A DNA stretch of 53,450 nucleotides from the NCBI GenBank assembly GCA_964566185.1, contig CAZMHS010000004.1, positions 1 to 53,450 on the forward strand, in the 5' to 3' direction. The notes beneath the pieces were generated by a model. That model was not told the origin of the DNA and did not search any database. It saw only the letters and a program-made list of their open reading frames with translations. Positions 29,455 through 38,139 of the stretch are shown here, piece by piece. Positions within the stretch are counted from its first letter, which is position 1; every line of letters begins with the position of its first letter. This DNA comes from an uncultured Alphaproteobacteria bacterium (lineage in GTDB: Bacteria > Pseudomonadota > Alphaproteobacteria > UBA3830 > CAYLKK01). A program made the translations under genes and the position numbers.

Positions 29455-30558
29455 TTAATTTCCACTGTAAATGATTGAATTACCATAAGTTCTGCGAACT
29501 TTCCCTTCTAACTCAAGTTCGACAACAGCCATTAAAACATACTCAGGTTTTGTGTTAAAAGTTCTTATTAGATCATCTATGCTTAATGAATAAGCATCTA
29601 TCAACTGTAAAATTGCGCGTTTAGCGGATTGTACAGATTTTACATCAATATTACATTTTATATCTTTGACTTCAATCTCATTGCTTTCAAACAATAACTC
29701 GTCTTTTTCGTATAATTTTTTTAATATATCGGCTGAGCATGTTACAATATGTGCTCCATTTTTTATCAGTTCGTTGCCGCCTTGGCTTCGCACATCTAGT
29801 GGTGAATTTGGCACTGCAAATATCTGTCTTTTAAAATTACGCGCAAATGTTGCTGTAATTAGTGATCCAGACTTTTTTGCTGCTTCAACTACTAATGTGC
29901 CGTTAGATATTCCAGCGATAATGCTATTCCTTCTAGGAAAAAGGCTTGCATTTGGTTTCGTTTTACATGGCGATTCGCTATATATTCCGCCACTCTCTAA
30001 AATTTTATAATATAGCGTTTTGTTCTCTGGCGGATATATATTGTCGATTCCGCACGCTAGAATTGCTATTGTACCATATTTTATGCTACCCTTGTGCGCA
30101 CTAGTGTCAATTCCCTTAGCGAGGCCTGATGTTATTGTTACGTTGTTTTTTGATAACTCATCGCAAATCGAATAACAGAAACGCATACCGTTTAGTGTCG
30201 CGTTTCGAGATCCAACAACGGCTAAAATTTTATTTTGTAGTAAGTTTAGTACAGCATCTTTATTTCCTATAAATGACAGTATTGGAGGTGGATTATCAAT
30301 ATTTCTTAACTCTGGCGGATATAAATCATCTTCAAAAAATACAAGTCTGGCTTTAATGGATTTCAGTATCTTTATTTCTTCAAAAATAGCTTCTTCACTA
30401 CATAAAGCAAATTTTTTTCCTGAATTTTCTGATAAATGCTTTATAGCATTTTCTGCGCTCTTATACAGAGAAATTAATGACCAATACGTTGCATTGCCAA
30501 CATTTTTTGACCTTATTAAACGTAACCTAGCAACTTTCTCATCTTTTGAGACGTTCAT
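29455..30558 (-). CDS. dprA: DNA-processing protein DprA (Smf)
   Basis: Rossmann-like core VVGSRNAT...SGLAKGIDTSAHKG...FPRRNSIIAG. Confidence 0.88.
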   Translation of the reverse strand: MNVSKDEKVARLRLIRSKNVGNATYWSLISLYKSAENAIKHLSENSGKKFALCSEEAIFEEIKILKSIKARLVFFEDDLYPPELRNIDNPPPILSFIGNKDAVLNLLQNKILAVVGSRNATLNGMRFCYSICDELSKNNVTITSGLAKGIDTSAHKGSIKYGTIAILACGIDNIYPPENKTLYYKILESGGIYSESPCKTKPNASLFPRRNSIIAGISNGTLVVEAAKKSGSLITATFARNFKRQIFAVPNSPLDVRSQGGNELIKNGAHIVTCSADILKKLYEKDELLFESNEIEVKDIKCNIDVKSVQSAKRAILQLIDAYSLSIDDLIRTFNTKPEYVLMAVVELELEGKVRRTYGNSIIYSGN

Positions 30559-30583
30559 TCGTTTAAATTATTTTCAATAAACA

Positions 30584-31348
30584 TTACAACTTTACATAGC
30601 CAGTTGGGTTCGTTGGTGTTGAATTCTTCATCAATTGAAGATACAGTTGTGGGAATTTCACGTCTCCGCTCTTTCCAACGGTCCCTAATACAGTACCAAT
30701 ATTTACTGTATCACCTTTCTTAACAAGTAGCTTTTGTAGGTGTGCGTACGTAGAGATTAAATCGTTTTGATGTTTCACAACAACTATATTTCCATATTCT
30801 TTTAATTGACTTCCTGCGTAAATAACCTTTCCATTTAATATACTGTGTACATCTGTTCCAAGCGGGGCTTTTATTACAATTCCGTCACTTTTATAGCCGT
30901 CAACAATATCTCCAAATTTTACAATAACCGATCCATTGTTTACTGTCTTACCAGTATACGATGCAGCTTTTTTAGTGGCTTGTGCCGGTTCTGGTTTTAT
31001 TTCATTTGAAAACAAATCATCGCCTTTTATCGTATTGTGTGGTTTTATTGTTTTCCCTGATTGCTTCTTCACAGGAACTTTTGTTAACGCTGTATCATCT
31101 TTTTGGTCGTCTTCAATTAATTGTTCTTTTACGGTAATTGGTTTCTCATATTCGTTGTTTTTCGGAGATTCTTCTATTGGAGCGTATGAACTGCTTGCAA
31201 CTCTAGGTCCGAAAACAACCTCTCCATTTTGCGGTACACGAATGATATTTGCTTCTTTTCCTACTTCAAAAGGAGCAAATTCTGTTCTCGAGCATCCGCT
31301 TAGCAATGATACTACGCAAATTGTTGATACTAAGCTACTATTTCGCAT
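30584..31348 (-). CDS. nlpD: NlpD-like lipoprotein with a degenerate (non-catalytic) LytM/M23 domain
   Basis: Lipobox VSLLSGCS. The C-terminal LytM fold is present (GNIVVVKHQNDLISTYAHL...GTVGKSG), but the metal ligands are replaced: SDGIVIKAP instead of HxGxD, and PQLYLQL instead of HLHF. Sits in a surE-nlpD context. Confidence 0.78.
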   Translation of the reverse strand: MRNSSLVSTICVVSLLSGCSRTEFAPFEVGKEANIIRVPQNGEVVFGPRVASSSYAPIEESPKNNEYEKPITVKEQLIEDDQKDDTALTKVPVKKQSGKTIKPHNTIKGDDLFSNEIKPEPAQATKKAASYTGKTVNNGSVIVKFGDIVDGYKSDGIVIKAPLGTDVHSILNGKVIYAGSQLKEYGNIVVVKHQNDLISTYAHLQKLLVKKGDTVNIGTVLGTVGKSGDVKFPQLYLQLMKNSTPTNPTGYVKL

Positions 31349-32132
31349 AAAATTCCTCTTTTAGAGTATCAAGGTACCCATAATTTGTAAGATCATTGTG
31401 TAATGGTGTTATTGATATGTAGTTATCGTAGTAGACGGCTTCTATATCAGTTCCACACGTAGACTCGCTGTTATGTATTAAATGAGATGTCATCCAGTAA
31501 CACTTATATCCGTTAGGATCTGCTGATTGTTCAGCGTACCAATTAACGTTCACATGAGCCTGTCTAGTTACCCTAATACCATTGAGTGCATCAAGCGTGC
31601 AACATGGAAAGTTAACATTCATGACAGTATCAGTATCCCAGTCTCGCAAAAAGTAAAGCCTCTTGATGATGTCTGGAAGAAAATGCTCGGCTAGATTGTA
31701 TTTTACAGGTTGTCCTTTTATAATGTTCTGACTGACAGCTATTGAACGTACTTTGTCAGACGACCCAGCAAATGCTGCTCCAATGGTGCCAGATAACATT
31801 AAATAATTCCCTACATTTGAGTCTTTGTTTATACCGGACAGGATAAGATCAGGTTTTTTATCAGTAAGAATTTTGTCTATAGCGAGATGAACATTATCTG
31901 TTGGTGTTCCTGTTACTGAAAACTTTCTGTCCTCCCACTTTTGTATTCTTAATATATTATCAAAAGTAGCTGATCCGCCCTTTCCGCTTTGTTCTTTTTC
32001 TGGCGCAACAACCCAAACATCAGGCGTAATAGACTTTGCTATCTTTTCAAGAACCTTTATCCCTTCGGCATGTATACCATCGTCGTTTGATATCAGGATT
32101 CTGATATTTGATAAGGACCTACTTTCTGTCAT
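31338..32132 (-). CDS. surE: 5'/3'-nucleotidase SurE
   Basis: N-terminal ILISNDDGIHAEGI motif; 264 aa. Confidence 0.92.
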   Translation of the reverse strand: MTESRSLSNIRILISNDDGIHAEGIKVLEKIAKSITPDVWVVAPEKEQSGKGGSATFDNILRIQKWEDRKFSVTGTPTDNVHLAIDKILTDKKPDLILSGINKDSNVGNYLMLSGTIGAAFAGSSDKVRSIAVSQNIIKGQPVKYNLAEHFLPDIIKRLYFLRDWDTDTVMNVNFPCCTLDALNGIRVTRQAHVNVNWYAEQSADPNGYKCYWMTSHLIHNSESTCGTDIEAVYYDNYISITPLHNDLTNYGYLDTLKEEFYAK

Positions 32133-33393
32133 TTTTTATTACCTCCAGTCCGTTCATATATGGTTTAAGCACATTAGGAACAGTTACAGATCCATCTTCG
32201 TTCTGATAATTTTCTAGTATAGCTACAAGCGTTCTACCAACTGCAAGACCAGATCCGTTCAACGTAACGACAAAACCTTTGTCGGAGCCATCTTTGTACC
32301 GAGCGTTCATTCTTCTTGCTTGGAACTGTCCGCATGTCGAACAGCTAGAAATTTCTCTGTACGTATTTTCGCTAGGTATCCAAACTTCTATGTCATATGT
32401 TTTCCGAGCCGAGAAACCTATATCTCCAGAACATAGAACGATTCTTCTGTACGGCAGTTCAAGGTTCTCCAAAATACTTTCTGCTGCTGATGTCATTCTT
32501 TCAAGCTCCGAAAGTTCATCATCTGGGTGCACGATCGAAACAAGCTCTACCTTACTGAACTGGTGATTCCTGATCATTCCACGAGTGTCTCTTCCTGCTG
32601 CACCAGATTCAGCTCTAAAACACTGAGTATAGCTGGTGACTCTAATTGGTAAATCTGCAGCATCTATAATGCTATCCCTAACCATATTAGTCAGTGGTAC
32701 TTCAGCTGTCGGAATCAGCCAGCGATTATCAGTTGTTGAAAACAAGTCATCTGCGAATTTAGGTAATTGCCCAGTACCATACAATATATCTTCTTTCACC
32801 AAATACGGAACATTTATTTCTGTGTATCCATACTTGGTTGTGTGAGTATCTAACATAAACGATGCGATTGCTCGTTCAAGCCTTGACAAGCTACCCTTTA
32901 GTACTGTAAATCTACTGCCAGACAAAGCAGCTGCCGTATTGAAATCGATTAATCCAAGCTGCTCCCCAATTTCATAATGCGGTCTTGGTTGAAAACCAAA
33001 TGATCTTACTTTCCCGCACTTCTTTATTTCGACGTTGTCTTTCTCTGACGTTCCTAACGGTACTTCGTCCAAAATAGCATTTGGTAGCTTACTCATGACA
33101 GCATTTATTGAAAAACTCAAGTTTTCTCTTTGTTTTTCAAGATCGCTAACGGCAGCTTTTAGAGCAACTGATTCATCTTCTAGTTGAGAAGAACAAGTAC
33201 CCGCGCTTTTTTCTAATGCTATTTGTTTCGCCAACGTATTTCTACGAGCCTGTAATTGCTGAAGTCTTGTCAACACATTGCGAAGTTCTTTATCAATAGC
33301 TAAAACAGACTTAGCTTCCGAAGCTAAGCCTCTAGCTTGCAATTTTGCATCAAAAATCTCCGGTTTTTCTCTTAGCCATTTTAAGTCATTCAT
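32119..33393 (-). CDS. serS: Serine--tRNA ligase
   Basis: N-terminal coiled-coil arm, followed by class II motifs (FRAESGAAGRDTRGMIRNHQF, GSGLAVGRTLVAILENYQ). Confidence 0.94.
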   Translation of the reverse strand: MNDLKWLREKPEIFDAKLQARGLASEAKSVLAIDKELRNVLTRLQQLQARRNTLAKQIALEKSAGTCSSQLEDESVALKAAVSDLEKQRENLSFSINAVMSKLPNAILDEVPLGTSEKDNVEIKKCGKVRSFGFQPRPHYEIGEQLGLIDFNTAAALSGSRFTVLKGSLSRLERAIASFMLDTHTTKYGYTEINVPYLVKEDILYGTGQLPKFADDLFSTTDNRWLIPTAEVPLTNMVRDSIIDAADLPIRVTSYTQCFRAESGAAGRDTRGMIRNHQFSKVELVSIVHPDDELSELERMTSAAESILENLELPYRRIVLCSGDIGFSARKTYDIEVWIPSENTYREISSCSTCGQFQARRMNARYKDGSDKGFVVTLNGSGLAVGRTLVAILENYQNEDGSVTVPNVLKPYMNGLEVIKNDRK

Positions 33394-33414
33394 AAAACTA
33401 CCTATCTAACACTT

Positions 33415-33738
33415 CTACGCTAAATCATCGGTTGGGAGTAGATCTTGTTCACTCGTCGGTGTACAAAAACGAGCATTTCTTTTCGCGTTTAAATCAAAAT
33501 TCTGCCCAATCATTTTTACATTAATCATAAATCCAACTGTGTTCGTCTGCTGAACTTGTGCGGAATTATCTTCGCCAGAATCTGTCGCGTTTACCGTTAA
33601 TTTACCGGCACACGATTCTACACTCTTTTGTATCATTCTGTAAGCCACATTGCCTATATAGCTGAAAATCTGTTTTCGTAAACAAAATACAAGTAAACAC
33701 ACCGCTGCGCATACAACAAAAATCATTTTAGTCCTCAA
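33415..33738 (-). CDS. Hypothetical small membrane-anchored protein
   Basis: Has an N-terminal hydrophobic segment (MIFVVCAAVCLLVFCL). I recognise no motif. The call rests only on the ORF and its context. Confidence 0.4.
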   Translation of the reverse strand: MRTKMIFVVCAAVCLLVFCLRKQIFSYIGNVAYRMIQKSVESCAGKLTVNATDSGEDNSAQVQQTNTVGFMINVKMIGQNFDLNAKRNARFCTPTSEQDLLPTDDLA

Positions 33739-33806
33739 AAATGCTACATCAATTATAGTATCTTAATCGCTAGTAAACAAGGCTAAAAATCAAATTTTCA
33801 TACAGA

Positions 33807-33882
33807 TGGTGGGCATAGCAGGGCTCGAACCTGCGGCCTCCTGATTAAAAGTCAGAAGCTCTACCAACTGAGCTATATGCCC
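33807..33882 (-). tRNA. tRNA-Lys (anticodon UUU), CCA encoded
   Basis: The reverse complement reads GGGCATATAGCTCAGTTGGTAGAGCTTCTGACTTTTAATCAGGAGGCCGCAGGTTCGAGCCCTGCTATGCCCACCA. It gives a clean cloverleaf by hand, with anticodon loop CTTTTAA. Confidence 0.93.
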
Positions 33883-33895
33883 AAACAGTATGGCA

Positions 33896-33924
33896 ATTGT
33901 AACATACCATTTTTGAGAATACAA
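33896..33924 (-). promoter_or_regulatory. Putative promoter for tRNA-Lys
   Basis: On the minus strand: TTGTAT (33924-33919), 17 nt spacer, TACAAT (33901-33896), 13 nt before the tRNA 5' end. Confidence 0.4.
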
Positions 33925-33930
33925 GGTTTT

Positions 33931-34749
33931 TTAATTCGTTTGTGTTTGGCGTTTCTTTATTGTTTGTTCTATAAATTTTTTCACTTGATGAAACGACTCG
34001 CTGTCTCCTTTATACGTTTCTCCGTAAAGCATGAATGCAGGTAGATATTCTGATTTTATTTGGGAGCTAATTTTTTTGAAGTTCTTTACAATAGCTTTTG
34101 TGTTGCTATTGTCCTCTGACGTAGTTTTTACTAGTTCTTTGTCGATTCCGAGATCTATGACTATTTTGTGCACTTCTGCTATTTGCCCTTTTGCTGACAG
34201 TTTTTCTATTTTTGATTGACGATTGAAATATGTCTCTATAATGCTGTGTTTTGTTTCTTCTGTTAGGCTTTGGATGTTGATCATTTTTACTGCCTCAAGT
34301 ACTCCTGCCGTTTCTATATAGAATTCGAGACGTATTTTTACGTCAGGAAATTCTTTTATGATTTTGGGTAACACATTTTTGTGTACTTCCTTGCATGAAG
34401 AGCATGATAATGAAGAAAATAAAATAAGCTCATGTTTTGCTCGTTTCTTGCCAATATAAACACCTGTAAACGGTTGTTGCTCTTCTGTTGTGCTTCTATT
34501 ATTTTTTGTATTATCTGTTCGCTTGCTTTCACTTTTTTTTCGTTTTGATGTTTGCTTTTTATTATGTTCTTTTGCGTCTACGGTACTGTTGTAAAATGTT
34601 CTTTCGATAGTTACAAAGAACAGTACTGGAATTAATGTAATTAAAAAAGCTGCGCATTTTCCGTCGTTATGACGCATTTCTTCTGTTTCCTCCTGGTGTG
34701 ACTGTGCTAATATTTTGTATTGTATCGTTTTCGTGCTACTGTGATACAC
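33931..34749 (-). CDS. Membrane-anchored DsbA-like thioredoxin-fold protein (CxxC)
   Basis: TM segment AAFLITLIPVLFFV, then a long basic low-complexity linker, then a thioredoxin-like domain with the active site SCSSCKE. An alternative start is the ATG at 34677 (MRHNDGK..., with GAGGAA upstream). Confidence 0.55.
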   Translation of the reverse strand: MYHSSTKTIQYKILAQSHQEETEEMRHNDGKCAAFLITLIPVLFFVTIERTFYNSTVDAKEHNKKQTSKRKKSESKRTDNTKNNRSTTEEQQPFTGVYIGKKRAKHELILFSSLSCSSCKEVHKNVLPKIIKEFPDVKIRLEFYIETAGVLEAVKMINIQSLTEETKHSIIETYFNRQSKIEKLSAKGQIAEVHKIVIDLGIDKELVKTTSEDNSNTKAIVKNFKKISSQIKSEYLPAFMLYGETYKGDSESFHQVKKFIEQTIKKRQTQTN

Positions 34750-34819
34750 AAAACAAGCTTATACTTCAATATATTAAACGAAATTTGTAAAAATATTATT
34801 AGTTTTTTGCTTTTTTTGA

Positions 34820-35152
34820 TCAAATTCTTGTTTTTATGAGTATGCGCTGTATATTTTCGTCTCGCAGTACATCATGTATACGCTGTAGTATAAAGTTTGT
34901 TTTGTACTGCACTGTAATGATAGCATGTCGCTTTACGTAAAGCGTTAGTGTGCTTTTGTCTACTGATATGCATTTTGGTGTTGAATCATTCGCTAATTCA
35001 ACTCCGACAACTCCACGCCAATCTAAGAACAATTGTGCACCATAAGTGCTTTTGGATAAACTCATAGTTATAGAATTTATAGCTTCTGCCATCGTACGGC
35101 CGCGAATTCTATCGCTTTTGGTTTTAATTGATGAGTGTATAATACTGTCCAT
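34820..35152 (-). CDS. DUF721/DciA-like protein
   Basis: About 90-110 aa with the DUF721-like pattern LDWRGVVGVELANDSTP...LTLYVKRHAIITVQYKTNFILQRIHDVL. An alternative start at 35092 (MAEAINS...) would avoid the 29-nt overlap with the upstream gene. Confidence 0.5.
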   Translation of the reverse strand: MDSIIHSSIKTKSDRIRGRTMAEAINSITMSLSKSTYGAQLFLDWRGVVGVELANDSTPKCISVDKSTLTLYVKRHAIITVQYKTNFILQRIHDVLRDENIQRILIKTRI

Positions 35153-35660
35153 TCTTTCTAAGTGCTCTTTCGACTCCGTGAGCTGGGTTTACAAGGATTG
35201 TTTCGTACGCGTGAGCCCACACGTGCAAATCATCTTTCGAGTTTCCAGCGTAAGAAAAAGCTTTGTCGCCAAACTCGTGAACAAGTTTATTTGCTTTTGT
35301 TTTTGCTCTCAAATTAATACATCGATCGCTTGCAAATACTTCGTCGAATATTCCAAGGTGATCTGCTATGCTGTTTGCGTATCTATAATTACAAGCTGTT
35401 GCGAGGACGATTTTTCGTCCTTGCTGTTTTTGGTCCTTTATATACCTGATAAGTTGTGTGTTGTATGTCAACTCGTGCGGCGATATTTCTACTTCGTCAG
35501 CTAATCTGTGTTTCATATATGCGCGCCCACCTTTTGTTAGCCAAAACAAAACGTTAAGCATTTTGAATTGATTGCCACAAATATAATCACCGTAGGCGAT
35601 CAAAGTCACATCGTTGTATATTAGCGTCCCATCTAAGTCTACACACAATGGGTAGTTCAT
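35124..35660 (-). CDS. HAD-superfamily hydrolase (subfamily IB-like)
   Basis: Motif I CVDLDGTL at the N-terminus and motif IV-like GNSKDD. Its ATG overlaps the grpE stop (ATGA). Confidence 0.65.
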   Translation of the reverse strand: MNYPLCVDLDGTLIYNDVTLIAYGDYICGNQFKMLNVLFWLTKGGRAYMKHRLADEVEISPHELTYNTQLIRYIKDQKQQGRKIVLATACNYRYANSIADHLGIFDEVFASDRCINLRAKTKANKLVHEFGDKAFSYAGNSKDDLHVWAHAYETILVNPAHGVERALRKNGQYYTLIN

Positions 35661-36181
35661 TTCCGTTTTGCTACCCCGACAAGCGTTGGTCGCAAAAGTC
35701 TTCCATTTATTAAAAAGCCGCTTTGGTATATGTCTACAATTTTTCCAGGTTCTATGTCTTCAGAATCTACTTCGCACATTATCTGATGAAGATTATGATC
35801 GAACGCATCTGACCGTTTTGTTTCTATTTTTGTTATCCCGTTCTTCGATAATGCTGAGTGAAGCTCTTTTTTGGTAAGCTCTATTCCGTCAACAAACGCT
35901 TTACAGTGTTCATTTCCATCCATATTTGCTAATGCTCTTTCTAGATTATCTATAACTGGCAGTATGTCTTTCGCGAATTTTGTGATTGCGAATTTTATTG
36001 TCTCTTCTCTGTCTTTGAGCATTCTTTTTCGCATGTTCTCGACGTCAGCGTGTGCTCGCAGCAATAAATCTTTTAGGTTTTCTTCTTCGTTTTCTTGTGT
36101 AGAGTCGTCTTTCTTGCACTCGCAAGCGTTATCTTGATCATTTTGCTTGCTTGCTTCTTCTTCGCCATGATTTGTATTCAT
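35657..36181 (-). CDS. grpE: Nucleotide exchange factor GrpE
   Basis: Acidic N-terminus, a coiled-coil (LLRAHADVENMRKR) and a C-terminal beta domain (GKIVDIYQSGFLINGRLLRPTLVGV). Confidence 0.9.
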   Translation of the reverse strand: MNTNHGEEEASKQNDQDNACECKKDDSTQENEEENLKDLLLRAHADVENMRKRMLKDREETIKFAITKFAKDILPVIDNLERALANMDGNEHCKAFVDGIELTKKELHSALSKNGITKIETKRSDAFDHNLHQIMCEVDSEDIEPGKIVDIYQSGFLINGRLLRPTLVGVAKRK

Positions 36182-36417
36182 AACTAAATCTCCTGTAAAC
36201 TAAAATTTTGACAAATTAGTTAAAATCATTTTTAATAACTATGAGCATTGTATGATAAAATGTAATGAAAATCAAGGAATGCTCTTTTAAGAATGCATTG
36301 TTTGTGTTACAATGGTCCTCGTATGTAAAGCATGCGGATTATGGTGGTGAAGTGGTTTTACCTCCTTCCGATCGGTTTTTGACGATCCGCAGATGTATAA
36401 TCGGAGAATGTTTTTTT

Positions 36418-37176
36418 ATGAATAACAAAGTAGATTTAAAGCAATTGTTGGAATGCGGTGCGCATTACGGGCATAATGTTCGTCGGTGGAATCCGAAGAT
36501 GTCTCCATATATATATGGAGAAAGAGAAAAGGTGCATATAATTAATCTCGATAAGACTGTTCGTCTGTTCGAAGAAGCGTTGGATGCGATTTCTGGTATT
36601 GCCGCAGCTGGTGGTAGAGTCTTGATGGTTGGAACGAAGAGACAGGCTGCCTGCCGTGTAGAAGAGGCTGCGAAGAAAACAGGACAGTATTATGTATCTC
36701 ATCGCTGGTTGGGTGGGATGCTCACGAACTGGAAAACTGTTTCTCAGTCTATAACGAAGTTGAATGAGCTTGAAGGACGTTTAAGCGATTCTGAAGTTTC
36801 TCTTAAGAAAAAAGAGCAGCTCGTGCTGGCACGAAAGGCTGAAAAGTTGCAAAAATCTCTCGGCGGTGTTAGAGAAATGGGCGGTTTGCCGTCTGTTTTG
36901 TTTGTCATTGATGTCGTAAATGAGGCTACTGCTGTTGCTGAGGCTAATAAGCTTGGTATTCCTGTTGTTGGTATATGCGATACGAATTCTGATCCTTCTA
37001 ATATCGATTATCCTATTCCAGCGAATGATGACTCAATTAAGGCTATCGATTTATATTGCTTCTTAGTTGAAAGTGCAATCGTTTCTGGAATGAGAAAGGG
37101 ATTGAGTGATGCGGGTGTAGATATTGGCAGTCTTGAAAACCCAGTTCTAGAAGATGTTAGTGTAAGCGGAGAGTAA
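36418..37176 (+). CDS. rpsB: 30S ribosomal protein S2
   Basis: I place the start at ATG 36418 (MNNKVDLKQLLECGAHYGHNVRRWNPKM), with GGAGAA about 10 nt upstream. The track's 51-codon N-terminal extension does not look like S2. Confidence 0.93.
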   Translation: MNNKVDLKQLLECGAHYGHNVRRWNPKMSPYIYGEREKVHIINLDKTVRLFEEALDAISGIAAAGGRVLMVGTKRQAACRVEEAAKKTGQYYVSHRWLGGMLTNWKTVSQSITKLNELEGRLSDSEVSLKKKEQLVLARKAEKLQKSLGGVREMGGLPSVLFVIDVVNEATAVAEANKLGIPVVGICDTNSDPSNIDYPIPANDDSIKAIDLYCFLVESAIVSGMRKGLSDAGVDIGSLENPVLEDVSVSGE

Positions 37177-37178
37177 TA

Positions 37179-38099
37179 ATGGGTATTACAGCTAATGATG
37201 TAAAGGTTCTTAGAGAAAGAACTGGCGCTGGTATGATGGATTGCAAAAAGGCGCTTGTTGCGTGCGATGGTGATATAGAGAGCGCTGTCGATTGGCTTAG
37301 GAAAAAAGGGTTAGCTGCTGCTTCGAAAAAAGCTAGTAGGGTAACTTCTGAGGGTGTCGTTGCTGTTTGTTCTTGTGGAAAGAATGCAACATTGCTTGAA
37401 CTAAATGCTGAGACAGACTTCGTTGCTAGGAACGAGATGTTTCAAGTTTACGCTAGAAATATAGCGAAGCTTGCGTGTGAAAGACAGTGCGATTTAGAAA
37501 CACTTAAGTCTCTTCCGTATCCTGAAAGCGATCGTTCAGTTCAAGATGAATTGGTTAATTTGATAGCTGTGATTGGTGAGAATTTGACCATTCGTCGTGT
37601 AGAGCACTTGTCCGTAACTAATGGCGTAGTAGCAACGTATATTCATAGCAAGTTAGCGGATAACCTTGGAAAAATCGGTGTACTTGTGGCTTTGGAAGCA
37701 GAGAACGCATGCTCTTCTGTAGAAACGATTGGAAAGCAAATTGCTATGCATATTGCTGCTGCAAATCCGCAAGTGTTAGCAGTTGAAGATTTGTCTCAGG
37801 AAAATCTCGAGAGGGAAAGAGCTGTAGTAACCGAACAAGCTAGAGCGACAGGAAAACCTGAAAATGTGATAGAGAAGATGGTAATCGGTCGCTTGAATAA
37901 ATATTATGAAGAAGTCGTGTTACTAGAGCAGGCTTTCGTTATGGATCCTGATCTTAAGGTTAAGGCTGTCGTTGAGAAGCTTGCAAAGGAATGTGGCTGC
38001 AATGTAACGTTGCGTGCATTTAAAAAATTCGTACTTGGCGAAGGTATCGAAAAACAGAGTGTCGATTTCGCTTCTGAAGTCGCAGCTCAATTAGGTTAA
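37179..38099 (+). CDS. tsf: Elongation factor Ts
   Basis: The UBA-like N-terminus VKVLRERTGAGMMDCKKAL is typical of EF-Ts, and the gene follows rpsB. Confidence 0.95.
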   Translation: MGITANDVKVLRERTGAGMMDCKKALVACDGDIESAVDWLRKKGLAAASKKASRVTSEGVVAVCSCGKNATLLELNAETDFVARNEMFQVYARNIAKLACERQCDLETLKSLPYPESDRSVQDELVNLIAVIGENLTIRRVEHLSVTNGVVATYIHSKLADNLGKIGVLVALEAENACSSVETIGKQIAMHIAAANPQVLAVEDLSQENLERERAVVTEQARATGKPENVIEKMVIGRLNKYYEEVVLLEQAFVMDPDLKVKAVVEKLAKECGCNVTLRAFKKFVLGEGIEKQSVDFASEVAAQLG

Positions 38100-38104
38100 C
38101 ATAC

Positions 38105-38128
38105 AAGCCGCCATTTGGCGGCTTTTTT
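38105..38128 (+). terminator. Rho-independent terminator after tsf
   Basis: AAGCCGCC (38105-38112), loop ATTT, GGCGGCTT (38117-38124), followed by TTTT. Confidence 0.75.
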
Positions 38129-38139
38129 GATGAGGGTAT

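Noticed and set aside
35097-35109. CGGCCGCGAATTC (EagI plus EcoRI, almost NotI-EcoRI), which looks like a cloning-vector polylinker remnant.
   Set aside because: The NotI site is incomplete (ACGGCCGC rather than GCGGCCGC). The sequence lies in or just upstream of a normal ORF and no other vector-like sequence is nearby, so I treat it as coincidence.
36265-36417. A 51-codon N-terminal extension of rpsB in the ORF track.
   Set aside because: The S2 homology starts at MNNKVDLKQLLECGAHYGH (ATG 36418), which has a GGAGAA SD. The upstream part is not S2-like.
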